A DNA stretch of 64,000 nt, taken from Candidatus Nomurabacteria bacterium (GTDB lineage: Bacteria; Patescibacteriota; Minisyncoccia; Phycocordibacterales; UBA918). Below are positions 31,001 through 38,975 of this stretch, piece after piece. Positions within the stretch are counted from its first letter, which is position 1, and every line of letters starts with the position of its first letter. The translations under genes were made by a program, and so were the position numbers. The stretch covers positions 45,056 through 109,055 of the forward strand of contig JACKGG010000001.1 in NCBI GenBank assembly GCA_020632035.1. Direction: 5' to 3'. The notes beneath the pieces are model-generated. The model saw only the letters and a list, made by a program, of their open reading frames with translations. It searched no databases and was not told the DNA's origin.

Positions 31001-31206
31001 TTCTTAAACACCAGTTCAAACTTCTTTTCTGAGTAGTCAGAAATTGGTGAAAATTCTTTAAAAATCTCTTTTAGTGCAGTCTCAACAAACCACTTGTACG
31101 ACTCCCGTTGTGGTTCGATAAGATCTGGAAGCGGGATCCTTGGCGCAGACGCTTTCTCAAACCGTCGTTGCGGCAAATGCCCAACTGAAACTTCTATTGT
31201 ATCCAT
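28003..31206 (-). CDS. rpoB: DNA-directed RNA polymerase subunit beta
   Basis: 1067 aa with conserved beta-subunit regions. It lies immediately upstream of rpoC, 11 bp apart. Confidence 0.95.
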   Translation of the reverse strand: MDTIEVSVGHLPQRRFEKASAPRIPLPDLIEPQRESYKWFVETALKEIFKEFSPISDYSEKKFELVFKKYEMGVPKYSPEFTKENKRTYEAPLRATVVLKNKTFESEKEQEIFMTDIPVMTDNGTFIINGVERVIVPQLARSYGIFFTAQESKGKTLFGAKIIPARGAWVEVESEADGVIYVKIDRKKKFPISSLLRVLGVEDEKAMIKLMKGIERGEEYMKATIEKDPAKTTDDSYVEIYKRLRDGDLATIDNAKEFVNSIFSPERYDLSEIGRHHFNERFGLPTDAKATANRTVSVEDVQRILSHIIVSNHDNQALPDDIDHLGFRRVRYFGEMLQQRVRVGMTRMKRNIQDRMSTIEAETSLPMQIINPRPLQAAIKEFFTTNQLSQFSQQQNILAEVEHLRTLSALGPGGLTRERAGFEVRDVHPSHYGRLCPIHTPEGPNIGLILRLSMYSRVNRFGIIETPYMKVTKGKLTDEITYMNAHEEEGFTIAHAAIVVSDKGKIENEFVEARYRGEPRMVSRDDVDYIDIATNQPFSVATSMIPFLNHDDANRTLMGSNMQKQSTPCIVQEAPIVATGVEAMSARDVGRVLYAQEAGEVTEADARKIVIKGKDGKNKEYPLTQLQRTNDFSAFSHRPAVSVGQKVKRGDLLADTTSTDNGQIAVGQNAMVAFMSWNGANYEDAIIISERLVKKSKFSTIHLDELEVAVRDTKLGPEVTTPDIPNVSELKLRNLDETGVIRIGAEVRPGDILVGKVTPKGETQLTPEERLLRSIFGEKAKDVKDTSLRLEAGKRGRVIGVKIFSREDGDNLESGVIKKILITVAQVRNVSVGDKLAGRHGNKGVISRILPEEDMPYTEDGTPVDILLTPLGVPSRMNLGQILELHLGMAAHTLGYQAIVPPFAGASEEDVKKELVEAGFPEDGKIQLRDGLTGEKFAQKTAVGYMYILKLHHMVEDKIHMRSIGPYSLITQQPLGGKAQVGGQRFGEMEVWALLGYGAAYTLREMLTIKSDDIVGRSAAFDAIVRGEKISHPHTPAAFNVLLNQLRGLALDVKLEKEEFKRNYESA

Positions 31207-31529
31207 ATATTATAGTTACGAAAGGCAACAACTAAAAACAGAAAATCACGCAAAAAGCGCTCTCCTTAGTTATTAATTTGTTACCCGATGAATAAAAACA
31301 TCACGACCGTGATTTATTACCTCCGCGTACGTTATGAAAATCTCACCACCAGGACTCATTCGAGATCGCATCCCTGCGTATGTGGGTAGGAGTATACGCT
31401 ATTTTAAAATCTTTGCAAGGTGTTATAAATATAGACTCCTATGGACATGAATATAAATTAGTAGTACAAATACCCTCAGGTAGTACCGGGCACCCCGCCC
31501 AACAATCAAAAATCTGAAAGGAAGACATC

Positions 31530-31943
31530 ATGAAATTAGTAGCACCTGATGATATTCAAACGTTAATTAAAGTACGCTTGGAGAAATGGGGCCAAAGGCT
31601 GAACAACCAGTTAACTCGTGGCATCTACGACGACTACACTTTCAAATGTGCGAGTGAAGTAAACCGCTGGCTCATCATTCTTTACGGAACAAGACTTTAT
31701 TATATGGAAGAGCGGAATATGATTGGTTTCTGCCAATGGTGTGATGGCAACTCGAAGCCTCTCGTCCCCCAAACTGGCATGTGTGCTGAGTGTAAAGCCG
31801 AGCTGGATTCTATGAAACGACCGGCGGGTGTCTGCAATGAGTGCAGAGATGACAAAAAAGTACTCGCTAAAAATAGCCGGTTCTGCGAAGATTGTGACCA
31901 AAAGCTTGAAGAACAGATGCAGTCTGTTAGACGCGAAGGATGA
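31530..31943 (+). CDS. Cysteine-rich protein with 4×CxxC (two predicted zinc ribbons)
   Basis: 137 aa: CQWC…CAEC…CNEC…CEDC. Divergent from rpoB. Confidence 0.55.
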   Translation: MKLVAPDDIQTLIKVRLEKWGQRLNNQLTRGIYDDYTFKCASEVNRWLIILYGTRLYYMEERNMIGFCQWCDGNSKPLVPQTGMCAECKAELDSMKRPAGVCNECRDDKKVLAKNSRFCEDCDQKLEEQMQSVRREG

Positions 31944-31986
31944 TGTTCAAAAAACCATCTTCTTCCGTCAGGACTCAGACAAACCA

Positions 31987-32020
31987 GCCCCGAACCCCAG
32001 TGGTATCGGGGTTTCTTTTA
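31987..32020 (+). terminator. Rho-independent terminator
   Basis: AACCCC-agtggtatc-GGGGTT followed by TTCTTTT. Confidence 0.5.
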
Positions 32021-32085
32021 TTTACTACTATACCTAGTTCAAATACCCTGTCCGATTCCTAGGAAAAAAGTTTTGTGGGCTAGAG

Positions 32086-32373
32086 TTATAAACTATCCTC
32101 TATTTTATGATGAGCTTTAAGAATTTGTTGCAGGTCTTTAATAGATTTTATGGAGACTGCAAGAGAATCTTCAAGATACTTAATTTGATCTTTGGTATCA
32201 TCATCCGATAATCTACCTGTTCCTAGTTGCATATAGTGTTCCCGAAGTTGTTTAACAATTATGTTCCATTCAGCCATCTTTTTACCCAACTCATCCAAAG
32301 TGTTTTTTATGGACTGATCCAGCTGTTCTTGTGTGGGATAGGGGTCTGAGTTTTCATAAATTCCTTCTGGCAT
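32086..32373 (-). CDS. Hypothetical coiled-coil protein
   Basis: 95 aa, acidic, predicted helical. Confidence 0.4.
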   Translation of the reverse strand: MPEGIYENSDPYPTQEQLDQSIKNTLDELGKKMAEWNIIVKQLREHYMQLGTGRLSDDDTKDQIKYLEDSLAVSIKSIKDLQQILKAHHKIEDSL

Positions 32374-32390
32374 AATATTGCTGTCTTAAA

Positions 32391-32831
32391 CTACTTCAAA
32401 ATCTTAAATTGACCGACAAATGGTAGTTCTTTCATTTCTCCTTTGTAAGCTCTATAGGCACCAATAACAGCCAGAACAATAATAGCCAGATTAATTAATT
32501 GATTGATTAAAAATCCCAACGACATCAAAACCATTGTGAGTATCCCGCTTACGAAAGAAGCAGCTACTACAATTATCAGAAGTATTAATTGCTGGTTAGC
32601 ATGAAAACGGGCAAAGGGTTCGTGCTTTGAAGTTTCATTAAGAAGAGGCAGGAAGAACAGGAATGGTAAAATATAACCAATAATTGCAAAAGCTTTGTTG
32701 TCTGCAGTGCTGCTTGCCGAAACTGGTTCGGCTTCTGTACTATTTCCATTCTCTGGCTTTGAGGTGTTCATTTCACCACCAACAGTTGGTCCTGTAGAGA
32801 CTGTCCCTTCTTTGTTTGTTTCTGGTTCCAT
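32391..32831 (-). CDS. Small membrane protein (DUF4870/YtaB-like)
   Basis: Low-complexity N-terminus, then two or three transmembrane helices with a NETSKHEPFARFHANQ-type motif. Confidence 0.5.
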   Translation of the reverse strand: MEPETNKEGTVSTGPTVGGEMNTSKPENGNSTEAEPVSASSTADNKAFAIIGYILPFLFFLPLLNETSKHEPFARFHANQQLILLIIVVAASFVSGILTMVLMSLGFLINQLINLAIIVLAVIGAYRAYKGEMKELPFVGQFKILK

Positions 32832-32883
32832 ATTTATAACCTAATTATTTTAAACTTGCTAAAAGTCTAGCATGTAAATACAT

Positions 32884-32912
32884 AAAAAGCGCCGGCAAGC
32901 CGGCGCTTTTTA
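32884..32912 (-). terminator. Rho-independent terminator of the YceI-like gene
   Basis: AGCGCCGGC-aa-GCCGGCGCT, a perfect 9-bp stem, followed by TTTTT. Confidence 0.65.
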
Positions 32913-32924
32913 CTTAAATTTAGA

Positions 32925-33629
32925 TTATTCCTGTTCGGCCACTAACTTAAAGGAAAGCGCCACCATGTCATCAACTACATTGTCTGCTAAATTGTCGAAA
33001 AAAGAGCCAGAGCCAGCAGTGATACCCCATTTAGTTCGGTCGAATTCTAAGTCTGCCGAAGCATAAGTTCTACCATCACCTAGGTCTGTGTAGATGATGG
33101 CAGGGAATGTTAGTTCATGAGTTTCTCCTTTCATAGTCAATTCACCTTTCACGTCATATAAGAATGAAGTTTCATTTTCGGCTTGTGGGACAGCTTCTGT
33201 TATGACGAATTTAGCCTCTGGATATTCAGCAACATTAAACCAACCTTCACCCTTAAGATGTCCTTCAAGTACATCTTCTTTACCAGGCTTAGATGGAGTA
33301 TCGGTTACTGACATAGTATCCATATCGATTACTAACTCTCCTGTAACCACACCTTCATTAACCTCAATAGAGCCACTTGTTACCTCCATTGAACCAGTAT
33401 TTATATAACCATCAAGAAGAGGTTTTTTTCCTGACCAGAATACACTACTATCGTCAGGCATAGCAATGTATGATCCGTCATCAACTACAGTACGGGTCTC
33501 CATGCTTTCAATTACACTATCTACTGCTATTTCGGTCTGATTGTTTTCTGTATTATGAGTTGGAGACCCATAAATAAGTAGCACTCCTCCTACCAATAAC
33601 AACAATACTATTCCAAATCCAATTTTCAT
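32925..33629 (-). CDS. YceI-like periplasmic/secreted protein
   Basis: Signal peptide, then a YceI-family core (…WFNVAEYPEAKFV…). Confidence 0.7.
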   Translation of the reverse strand: MKIGFGIVLLLLVGGVLLIYGSPTHNTENNQTEIAVDSVIESMETRTVVDDGSYIAMPDDSSVFWSGKKPLLDGYINTGSMEVTSGSIEVNEGVVTGELVIDMDTMSVTDTPSKPGKEDVLEGHLKGEGWFNVAEYPEAKFVITEAVPQAENETSFLYDVKGELTMKGETHELTFPAIIYTDLGDGRTYASADLEFDRTKWGITAGSGSFFDNLADNVVDDMVALSFKLVAEQE

Positions 33630-33694
33630 ATTTTTATCTTTCTAAAGTATCTAAGTTTACAACCTCTAAAGTGATTAGATCACGCTGGTACAGT

Positions 33695-35665
33695 TTACCA
33701 TCTACCGGGTAAAGTTTTGCCTATATACTTTAATAAAGTAATGCGGCCAGAAGACTTATTGCCAGATGAGTCCTCAGCTCTCACCAACACGACTTGATTA
33801 CCCACATCAAGATCTTCCACCTTCTTAGATACACTACAGGTATTACTATTTGCACAAGTACCAACTATTGTATCATTAATCAATATCTTGATTAATGATA
33901 CACCAGTATCATCAGTCACAGACACATCTATAGTTAATAGTCCATTGGGTGGTAAAACTGATCCATTCTTTGGAGAGATAATATTTATTGATGGTGGAGT
34001 AGTATCTACAGGAATAGCGAGTGTTTGCACAACAACTTTATTTGAATGTGCTGAGTGTCCGACGCTATTAAAAGCTTTGACCTTGTAGTGATAAGTAGTG
34101 TCACTGATTAGTCCATTATCAACATAAGAAGTGACATCAGCAGAAAGAACCGCCACCTTAGTCCAACTTACTCCATCAAAAGACCTCCTTACTATATAAC
34201 CAGTTTCATCAGAAGCGTTGTCGTTCCAGGCAAGTCGCACCTCTGAAGCGGAGTTCACAGTCGCTTGTAACTTAGTCGGGGCTAGCGGGACCTCCGGAAC
34301 AACTGGTGAGATAGAGGCTCGAAAATTTGCCACAGTAGGACTTGTCATATTAAGTGTCCTTGCGTTATCAGCGTTAATAGTACCGGTTGGCTTTCCTTCA
34401 TATAAATAATCTGGACTAGAGAAATTTCTAATACGAGAGGAACCTCCACAAGCGTAAGACATTATCGTTCTAAAAGTTGAACAGTCTGTATATCCACAAG
34501 AGAAAGAGAAAATACCACAAGATGATGATTCTATATTATGATTCATACCTTGATTATGTCCCAGTTCGTGACCGAAGCTATAATAACCAGTAGCACAGTT
34601 TCTACTAACCACAGAAAAAGCATTACTCTCGAAACCAACACTTAAAGTAGCCATCCGATAAGCGACTCCGCAATTCTCGTGACTTTTTACAATTAAAACA
34701 ACTTGGTCAGCGGCATATTGATCACGAAGTCTGTGAATTTCATCCATATATCCGTCGTAAGGACTTCTCAACCTAGACAATGAAGTATTCATACTCCCGA
34801 CTTCTTCATAACCTTCTGCTTCTACCATATGGACCAGGTTGAGTGTCACGTTTATTCCACTTCGCATATAAGCATCATTTGTCTCGGTCACTGCAGTTAG
34901 TATTTTTGACTCAATCTCTGATACTCCACCTTCTTTATCTTTAGCCTCAGGTGTATAAGCTACTAAGATATCAATTGTCTCCCCTGAGTCTACAAACTGG
35001 TCAGACTCAGCACTACTAGTAACGTTTGAGCTGTCTAAATCTTTTTTATCAACCAAAATTGAATCTGACTCTGTAAACTGGTCCGGATATCCAGTATTTA
35101 TCTCTCTAATAGAGTGGACTCCATTTCCAGCATATACAAGCTCAAACGAACGATCTCTGTAGTGGACAATGCCAGAAGAAATTCCTTGACGAGAAACTAA
35201 ATAAACTCTATCCGATTCCTTACCACGTATGTGACCAACCCAAACTATCCCGCCATTCTTATCTTCTACGTACTCTCTTTCTGCAATCACAGACAGTTCA
35301 TCCGACAATTGGAGCACGAATGAAGCTGCGCTACCAAGTAACATATTGTTCACATTTACCGCCCTAGCTGAACCCAATACACCACGAGTGACAGGAGTTT
35401 CTTCTTTTTCAAACTCTGGAGTGATATCACTTCTAACCGACAAAAATTCCGGTCTGGAGCTAGGTAATTTCCTACTAATATCAAATACTGGTTCATCTGA
35501 TTTATTCACTCCAAATATAATACCTGCCACTTGTGAGACTCTACTATACAAAGAATCTGACCAGTCAGATATAAATCCAGCCTGAGCAGTCTGAGTACTA
35601 CTTAATATAAGCAACGCAACAATTGGTAATACAGTGACCCCTCTAAAACTTGTATTCTTTTTCAT
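33695..35665 (-). CDS. Secreted metzincin-like zinc metalloprotease with FN3 and Ig-like domains
   Basis: Signal peptide, then HELGHNQGMNH (the HExxHxxGxxH metzincin motif), then an FN3-like domain and a Cys-rich Ig-like C-terminal domain. Confidence 0.6.
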   Translation of the reverse strand: MKKNTSFRGVTVLPIVALLILSSTQTAQAGFISDWSDSLYSRVSQVAGIIFGVNKSDEPVFDISRKLPSSRPEFLSVRSDITPEFEKEETPVTRGVLGSARAVNVNNMLLGSAASFVLQLSDELSVIAEREYVEDKNGGIVWVGHIRGKESDRVYLVSRQGISSGIVHYRDRSFELVYAGNGVHSIREINTGYPDQFTESDSILVDKKDLDSSNVTSSAESDQFVDSGETIDILVAYTPEAKDKEGGVSEIESKILTAVTETNDAYMRSGINVTLNLVHMVEAEGYEEVGSMNTSLSRLRSPYDGYMDEIHRLRDQYAADQVVLIVKSHENCGVAYRMATLSVGFESNAFSVVSRNCATGYYSFGHELGHNQGMNHNIESSSCGIFSFSCGYTDCSTFRTIMSYACGGSSRIRNFSSPDYLYEGKPTGTINADNARTLNMTSPTVANFRASISPVVPEVPLAPTKLQATVNSASEVRLAWNDNASDETGYIVRRSFDGVSWTKVAVLSADVTSYVDNGLISDTTYHYKVKAFNSVGHSAHSNKVVVQTLAIPVDTTPPSINIISPKNGSVLPPNGLLTIDVSVTDDTGVSLIKILINDTIVGTCANSNTCSVSKKVEDLDVGNQVVLVRAEDSSGNKSSGRITLLKYIGKTLPGRW

Positions 35666-35757
35666 AAATAAATAATACTACTTAGAATAATACTACTTAG
35701 TTTTAGTATACCAGACAGATCATCATTATTTAGTACGTTTTAGTTGCAATAAGTCTT

Positions 35758-36429
35758 TTAAGAACTACGTCTCTTATCTATTTCAGCATGATTTCCGCTA
35801 AGAAAAACTGGGGGGACCTTAAGTTTCTTTTTTTTGTATTCAATAATCCCTGGTCGAGTATAGGTCTCACCGGTTGTCACTCTATTATCCTCGAGTGATT
35901 CATGGGTACCGAGAACACCTTTTACGTGCCTAGAAGTAGAATCAATAATGGTCAAAGCTGGCAACTCTCCACCCGTCAAAATATAATCCCCCACACTAAC
36001 TTCCTCGGCTTTAAGAGCTTTTTTTACCCGAGCATCTATTCCCTCATAGCGACCACTAATCAGTACAAGGTGATCGTACTTTTTAACATAATCTTTGGCC
36101 AGCTTCTGGGTAAAAACTTTTCCTCGAGGAGACATTATTAAGGTTTTCACTTTTTTTTGGTCTTTTTTTCTTCCCACTGCTTTTTCCCAAGCTCGCAAAA
36201 TAGGCTCAGCCTGCATCACCATACCTGGCCCGCCTCCATATGGTTTGTCGTCTATTTTGTTGTGTTTGTTCTTAGCGAAGTCGCGCGGGTTGTAATAGCT
36301 TACAGAAATTTTTTTTCCTTTAACTTTAGCCCCTTTCCCCTTCTCAGTTTTTTGCGCTCTACCAATCACACTAGCGTCCGTGTACGCCTTACAAGCTTCT
36401 GGAAAAATTGTGATTACATGAAAATTCAT
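35758..36429 (-). CDS. trmD: tRNA (guanine37-N1)-methyltransferase
   Basis: MNFHVITIFPE… and YGGGPGMV motifs. There is a lysine-rich insertion (KGKGAKVKGKK). Confidence 0.85.
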   Translation of the reverse strand: MNFHVITIFPEACKAYTDASVIGRAQKTEKGKGAKVKGKKISVSYYNPRDFAKNKHNKIDDKPYGGGPGMVMQAEPILRAWEKAVGRKKDQKKVKTLIMSPRGKVFTQKLAKDYVKKYDHLVLISGRYEGIDARVKKALKAEEVSVGDYILTGGELPALTIIDSTSRHVKGVLGTHESLEDNRVTTGETYTRPGIIEYKKKKLKVPPVFLSGNHAEIDKRRSS

Positions 36430-36438
36430 AACGATATT

Positions 36439-36861
36439 CTATAGTGGGTTTAGTTCAATATTTTTTTGAATCTGTGAATGTAATGGTGAAGGTAACGTAT
36501 CTGCAGTGAACCAACCAATTTCATCATGCTTGTCAGGCTCATTATTTACAACTTGATTTGGATCAAGTAATACTTTATATGCAAAACCAACCCAATGCGT
36601 AAGTTTACCTCCTTGTTCCCTGAAGGTTTCCCTGTGACAAAGTAATTCACAAGAGATTATATCAGCTCCATATTCTTCCTTTACTTCCCTCCGCAATCCG
36701 TCTTCAATTTTTTCACCAAATTTTAGTGCACCACCGCCAAAGTCCCATTTCCCACATTCATCACGACAATTTGAACCTCGTCTGTGCATCAAGTAATTAC
36801 CTTTTCCGTCATGGCAACGAAATCCAACTGCTACACCAATATAATCCTCTCCCTTCTTCAT
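36439..36861 (-). CDS. NUDIX hydrolase
   Basis: Canonical Nudix box GGGALKFGEKIEDGLRREVKEEYG. Confidence 0.75.
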   Translation of the reverse strand: MKKGEDYIGVAVGFRCHDGKGNYLMHRRGSNCRDECGKWDFGGGALKFGEKIEDGLRREVKEEYGADIISCELLCHRETFREQGGKLTHWVGFAYKVLLDPNQVVNNEPDKHDEIGWFTADTLPSPLHSQIQKNIELNPL

Positions 36862-36942
36862 AACAAAAGACTAGCACAAAAATCGTCAATATTTTAACTA
36901 ATAAGACATTAAACCATACCCGTATCCCTATCATTAATGATA

Positions 36943-37392
36943 TTAACTATTTATTTTCTTTGCTTTATGCATCATCGAGAACAAAAGAAAATGAGTGGGA
37001 TATTTATTTTTAAGTGCAGTAAAAGAAAAGGGATCTTCTGGTTTGGATCGAGTACGATTTGGATTGTTGTCTAAAAGCTTTTGATCTGCACGATGTTCTT
37101 TAAGCGCTTTGTCATACTCAGGAATTTGTCCAGTAAGCCATTTTCTGGTACGACTAAACGTGTTCGGACTCACACCTAATTCATAGATTATCTCCGCTTG
37201 TTTCTTACCTTCTAAAATCATTTGCGCAATAAGTAGTCTGCGCCCGATCATGACTTGCTCGCTCTCTGTTAAAACATTTGTGATAAATATTACCACTGGA
37301 TCATTTTTAGGCATGTTTCTTGCCGTCTCAAAAAGAGTTTTCATTATGAGTTTCCTTTCTTTTGATTTTATATGTTTTAGATTTTTACTCAC
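36943..37392 (-). CDS. TrpR-like YerC/YecD family DNA-binding protein
   Basis: 149 aa. The helix-turn-helix region QAEIIYELGVSPNTFSRTRKWL resembles the Trp-repressor/YerC family. Confidence 0.6.
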   Translation of the reverse strand: MSKNLKHIKSKERKLIMKTLFETARNMPKNDPVVIFITNVLTESEQVMIGRRLLIAQMILEGKKQAEIIYELGVSPNTFSRTRKWLTGQIPEYDKALKEHRADQKLLDNNPNRTRSKPEDPFSFTALKNKYPTHFLLFSMMHKAKKINS

Positions 37393-37443
37393 GATATAAC
37401 TATATCATTAATAATAGGTAAATCTTTTATCAAGTTGAATAAA

Positions 37444-37481
37444 AACTGTTTACCTATCATTAATGATAGGTAAACAGTTTA
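37444..37481. promoter_or_regulatory. Perfect 38-bp palindrome, a candidate operator of the TrpR-like gene
   Basis: AAACTGTTTACCTATCATTAATGATAGGTAAACAGTTT. A related half-copy lies at 37403–37422 and a 14-bp core palindrome TATCATTAATGATA at 36929–36942. Confidence 0.6.
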
Positions 37482-37518
37482 GTGATTTGGTGGTGTGGTG
37501 GTTTTTGCTACATAAAAA

Positions 37519-37557
37519 CATAAAAGGTGCGGGCATTAACCCGCACCTTTTATGTTT
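37519..37557 (-). terminator. Rho-independent terminator downstream of the KH-domain gene
   Basis: AAAGGTGCGGG-cattaa-CCCGCACCTTT, a perfect 11-bp stem, followed by a T-run. Confidence 0.65.
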
Positions 37558-37565
37558 TGTCCAAT

Positions 37566-37922
37566 TTATATCTTGAGGTCGTCGATGGCTTGGTCTAGTG
37601 ACTTAGTCTCCGCTACTGAAGGATTATCCTCCCGCATTGCGTCTGACATCTCTCGGTTCATTCCTTTTCCTCCTTCTGGCTCGTTAATTTTTAAATTCAC
37701 GCGAGCATCGTTCTTCATCCCTACTACTCTAAGTAAAGTTCTGATCGCTTTTGCTGTATTGCCTGAGCGACCAATAATCTTACCCATATCATCGGCGTGT
37801 ATATCAAGAGTTAGTAGTACCCCCATTTCATCTACGGTTCGATTGATTCCAACTGAATCTGGGTGATCAACGAGTGCTTTTACAAGATTTTCGAGAAACT
37901 GTTTATCTTCGTGGGTATCCAT
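37566..37922 (-). CDS. KH-domain RNA-binding protein (KhpA/YlqC-like)
   Basis: 118 aa with GxxG-containing KH_4 features (GKIIGRSGNTAKAIR). Located downstream of rpsP, as in many bacteria. Confidence 0.7.
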   Translation of the reverse strand: MDTHEDKQFLENLVKALVDHPDSVGINRTVDEMGVLLTLDIHADDMGKIIGRSGNTAKAIRTLLRVVGMKNDARVNLKINEPEGGKGMNREMSDAMREDNPSVAETKSLDQAIDDLKI

Positions 37923-38031
37923 ACATCAATTTAGCTATACTGTTAAGCAATCGTCGCTAGAAAGCAACGCGCTACTAAAATCATACGAGACTGTCGCTTC
38001 TTAGTCAATGACAAATAGTGTATTAGTGGTG

Positions 38032-38565
38032 CTAGTCAGCTTCTGCGTCAGCTTGAGCTAGAGAGTGTTCTGATTCTCTTTTAGTTAATTCTTCAGGGCT
38101 TTCTTCAGCTGTTTCAGAGTGATCTACTGGATCGTCCTCATCTACGACAATTTCAACTTTTGTGTCATCTTCAGTCACCTCAGTGGCTTCTGGAGTTTCA
38201 TCTGATTCTGTGGCCTCTGCAGCAGCCTTTTCTGCTTCTGCCTTAGCGGCGGCTTCTTCTTCCGCTTTTTTCACCGCTTCTTCATCGATAACAGGTGATT
38301 TCTTTGGCAGAACGTTGATTTTCTTACCCTCAATTACCTTTTGGGTAATAAGCAGATTGTGCATAGTGTCAGAAGGCTGAACACCATTAGCTATCCATTC
38401 TCGAGCTTTATCGGCATCAATAATAAAGTTCTTGGTTTTTGGATTATAAGAACCTAAGCGATCGACATGCTTATCGCTTTTTACGCCAGTTCTTTTGTCG
38501 GTCACGACAATACGATACGAAGGATCGTTCTTGCGGCCAACTCGTTGTAAACGCATCATTAACAT
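38032..38565 (-). CDS. rpsP: 30S ribosomal protein S16 with an acidic/Ala-rich C-terminal extension
   Basis: N-terminal 80 aa is typical S16 (MLMMRLQRVGRKNDPSYRIVV…). About 95 extra C-terminal residues are rich in E/A/D. Confidence 0.85.
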   Translation of the reverse strand: MLMMRLQRVGRKNDPSYRIVVTDKRTGVKSDKHVDRLGSYNPKTKNFIIDADKAREWIANGVQPSDTMHNLLITQKVIEGKKINVLPKKSPVIDEEAVKKAEEEAAAKAEAEKAAAEATESDETPEATEVTEDDTKVEIVVDEDDPVDHSETAEESPEELTKRESEHSLAQADAEAD

Positions 38566-38975
38566 ATAAATATAAAGTATTTATACAAATTTCACTCGCT
38601 CGGAGATAAATATAAGTATTTATCTCTCTCACTCCTTCATTTGTAGTTGGACGCTAGCATAGCAGATTGTAAACAAAGGTCAATAGGGGCAGCCAATAAA
38701 ATAAATGACTCCCGATTAGCACTTACGGGTAGGCTAACGGGAGTCTGTCCATTGTCCATATAAAGGAGTGGACGTTTTTGTTTCTACCTTTGTCTCTATC
38801 GTTTTAAGACTACAGACTCCAGTTACTTAATTTTAAACCCTAGATTTGATTCTGACAAGCAATATACCCTGCCCTGTGACTAACCTACAATACACTTTAA
38901 AAATCAAACTTATTACCTATAATATAACTTTTAGCTAGGCTTTATATTTAGCCAAGGGCGGGGTATACTGCCCCA

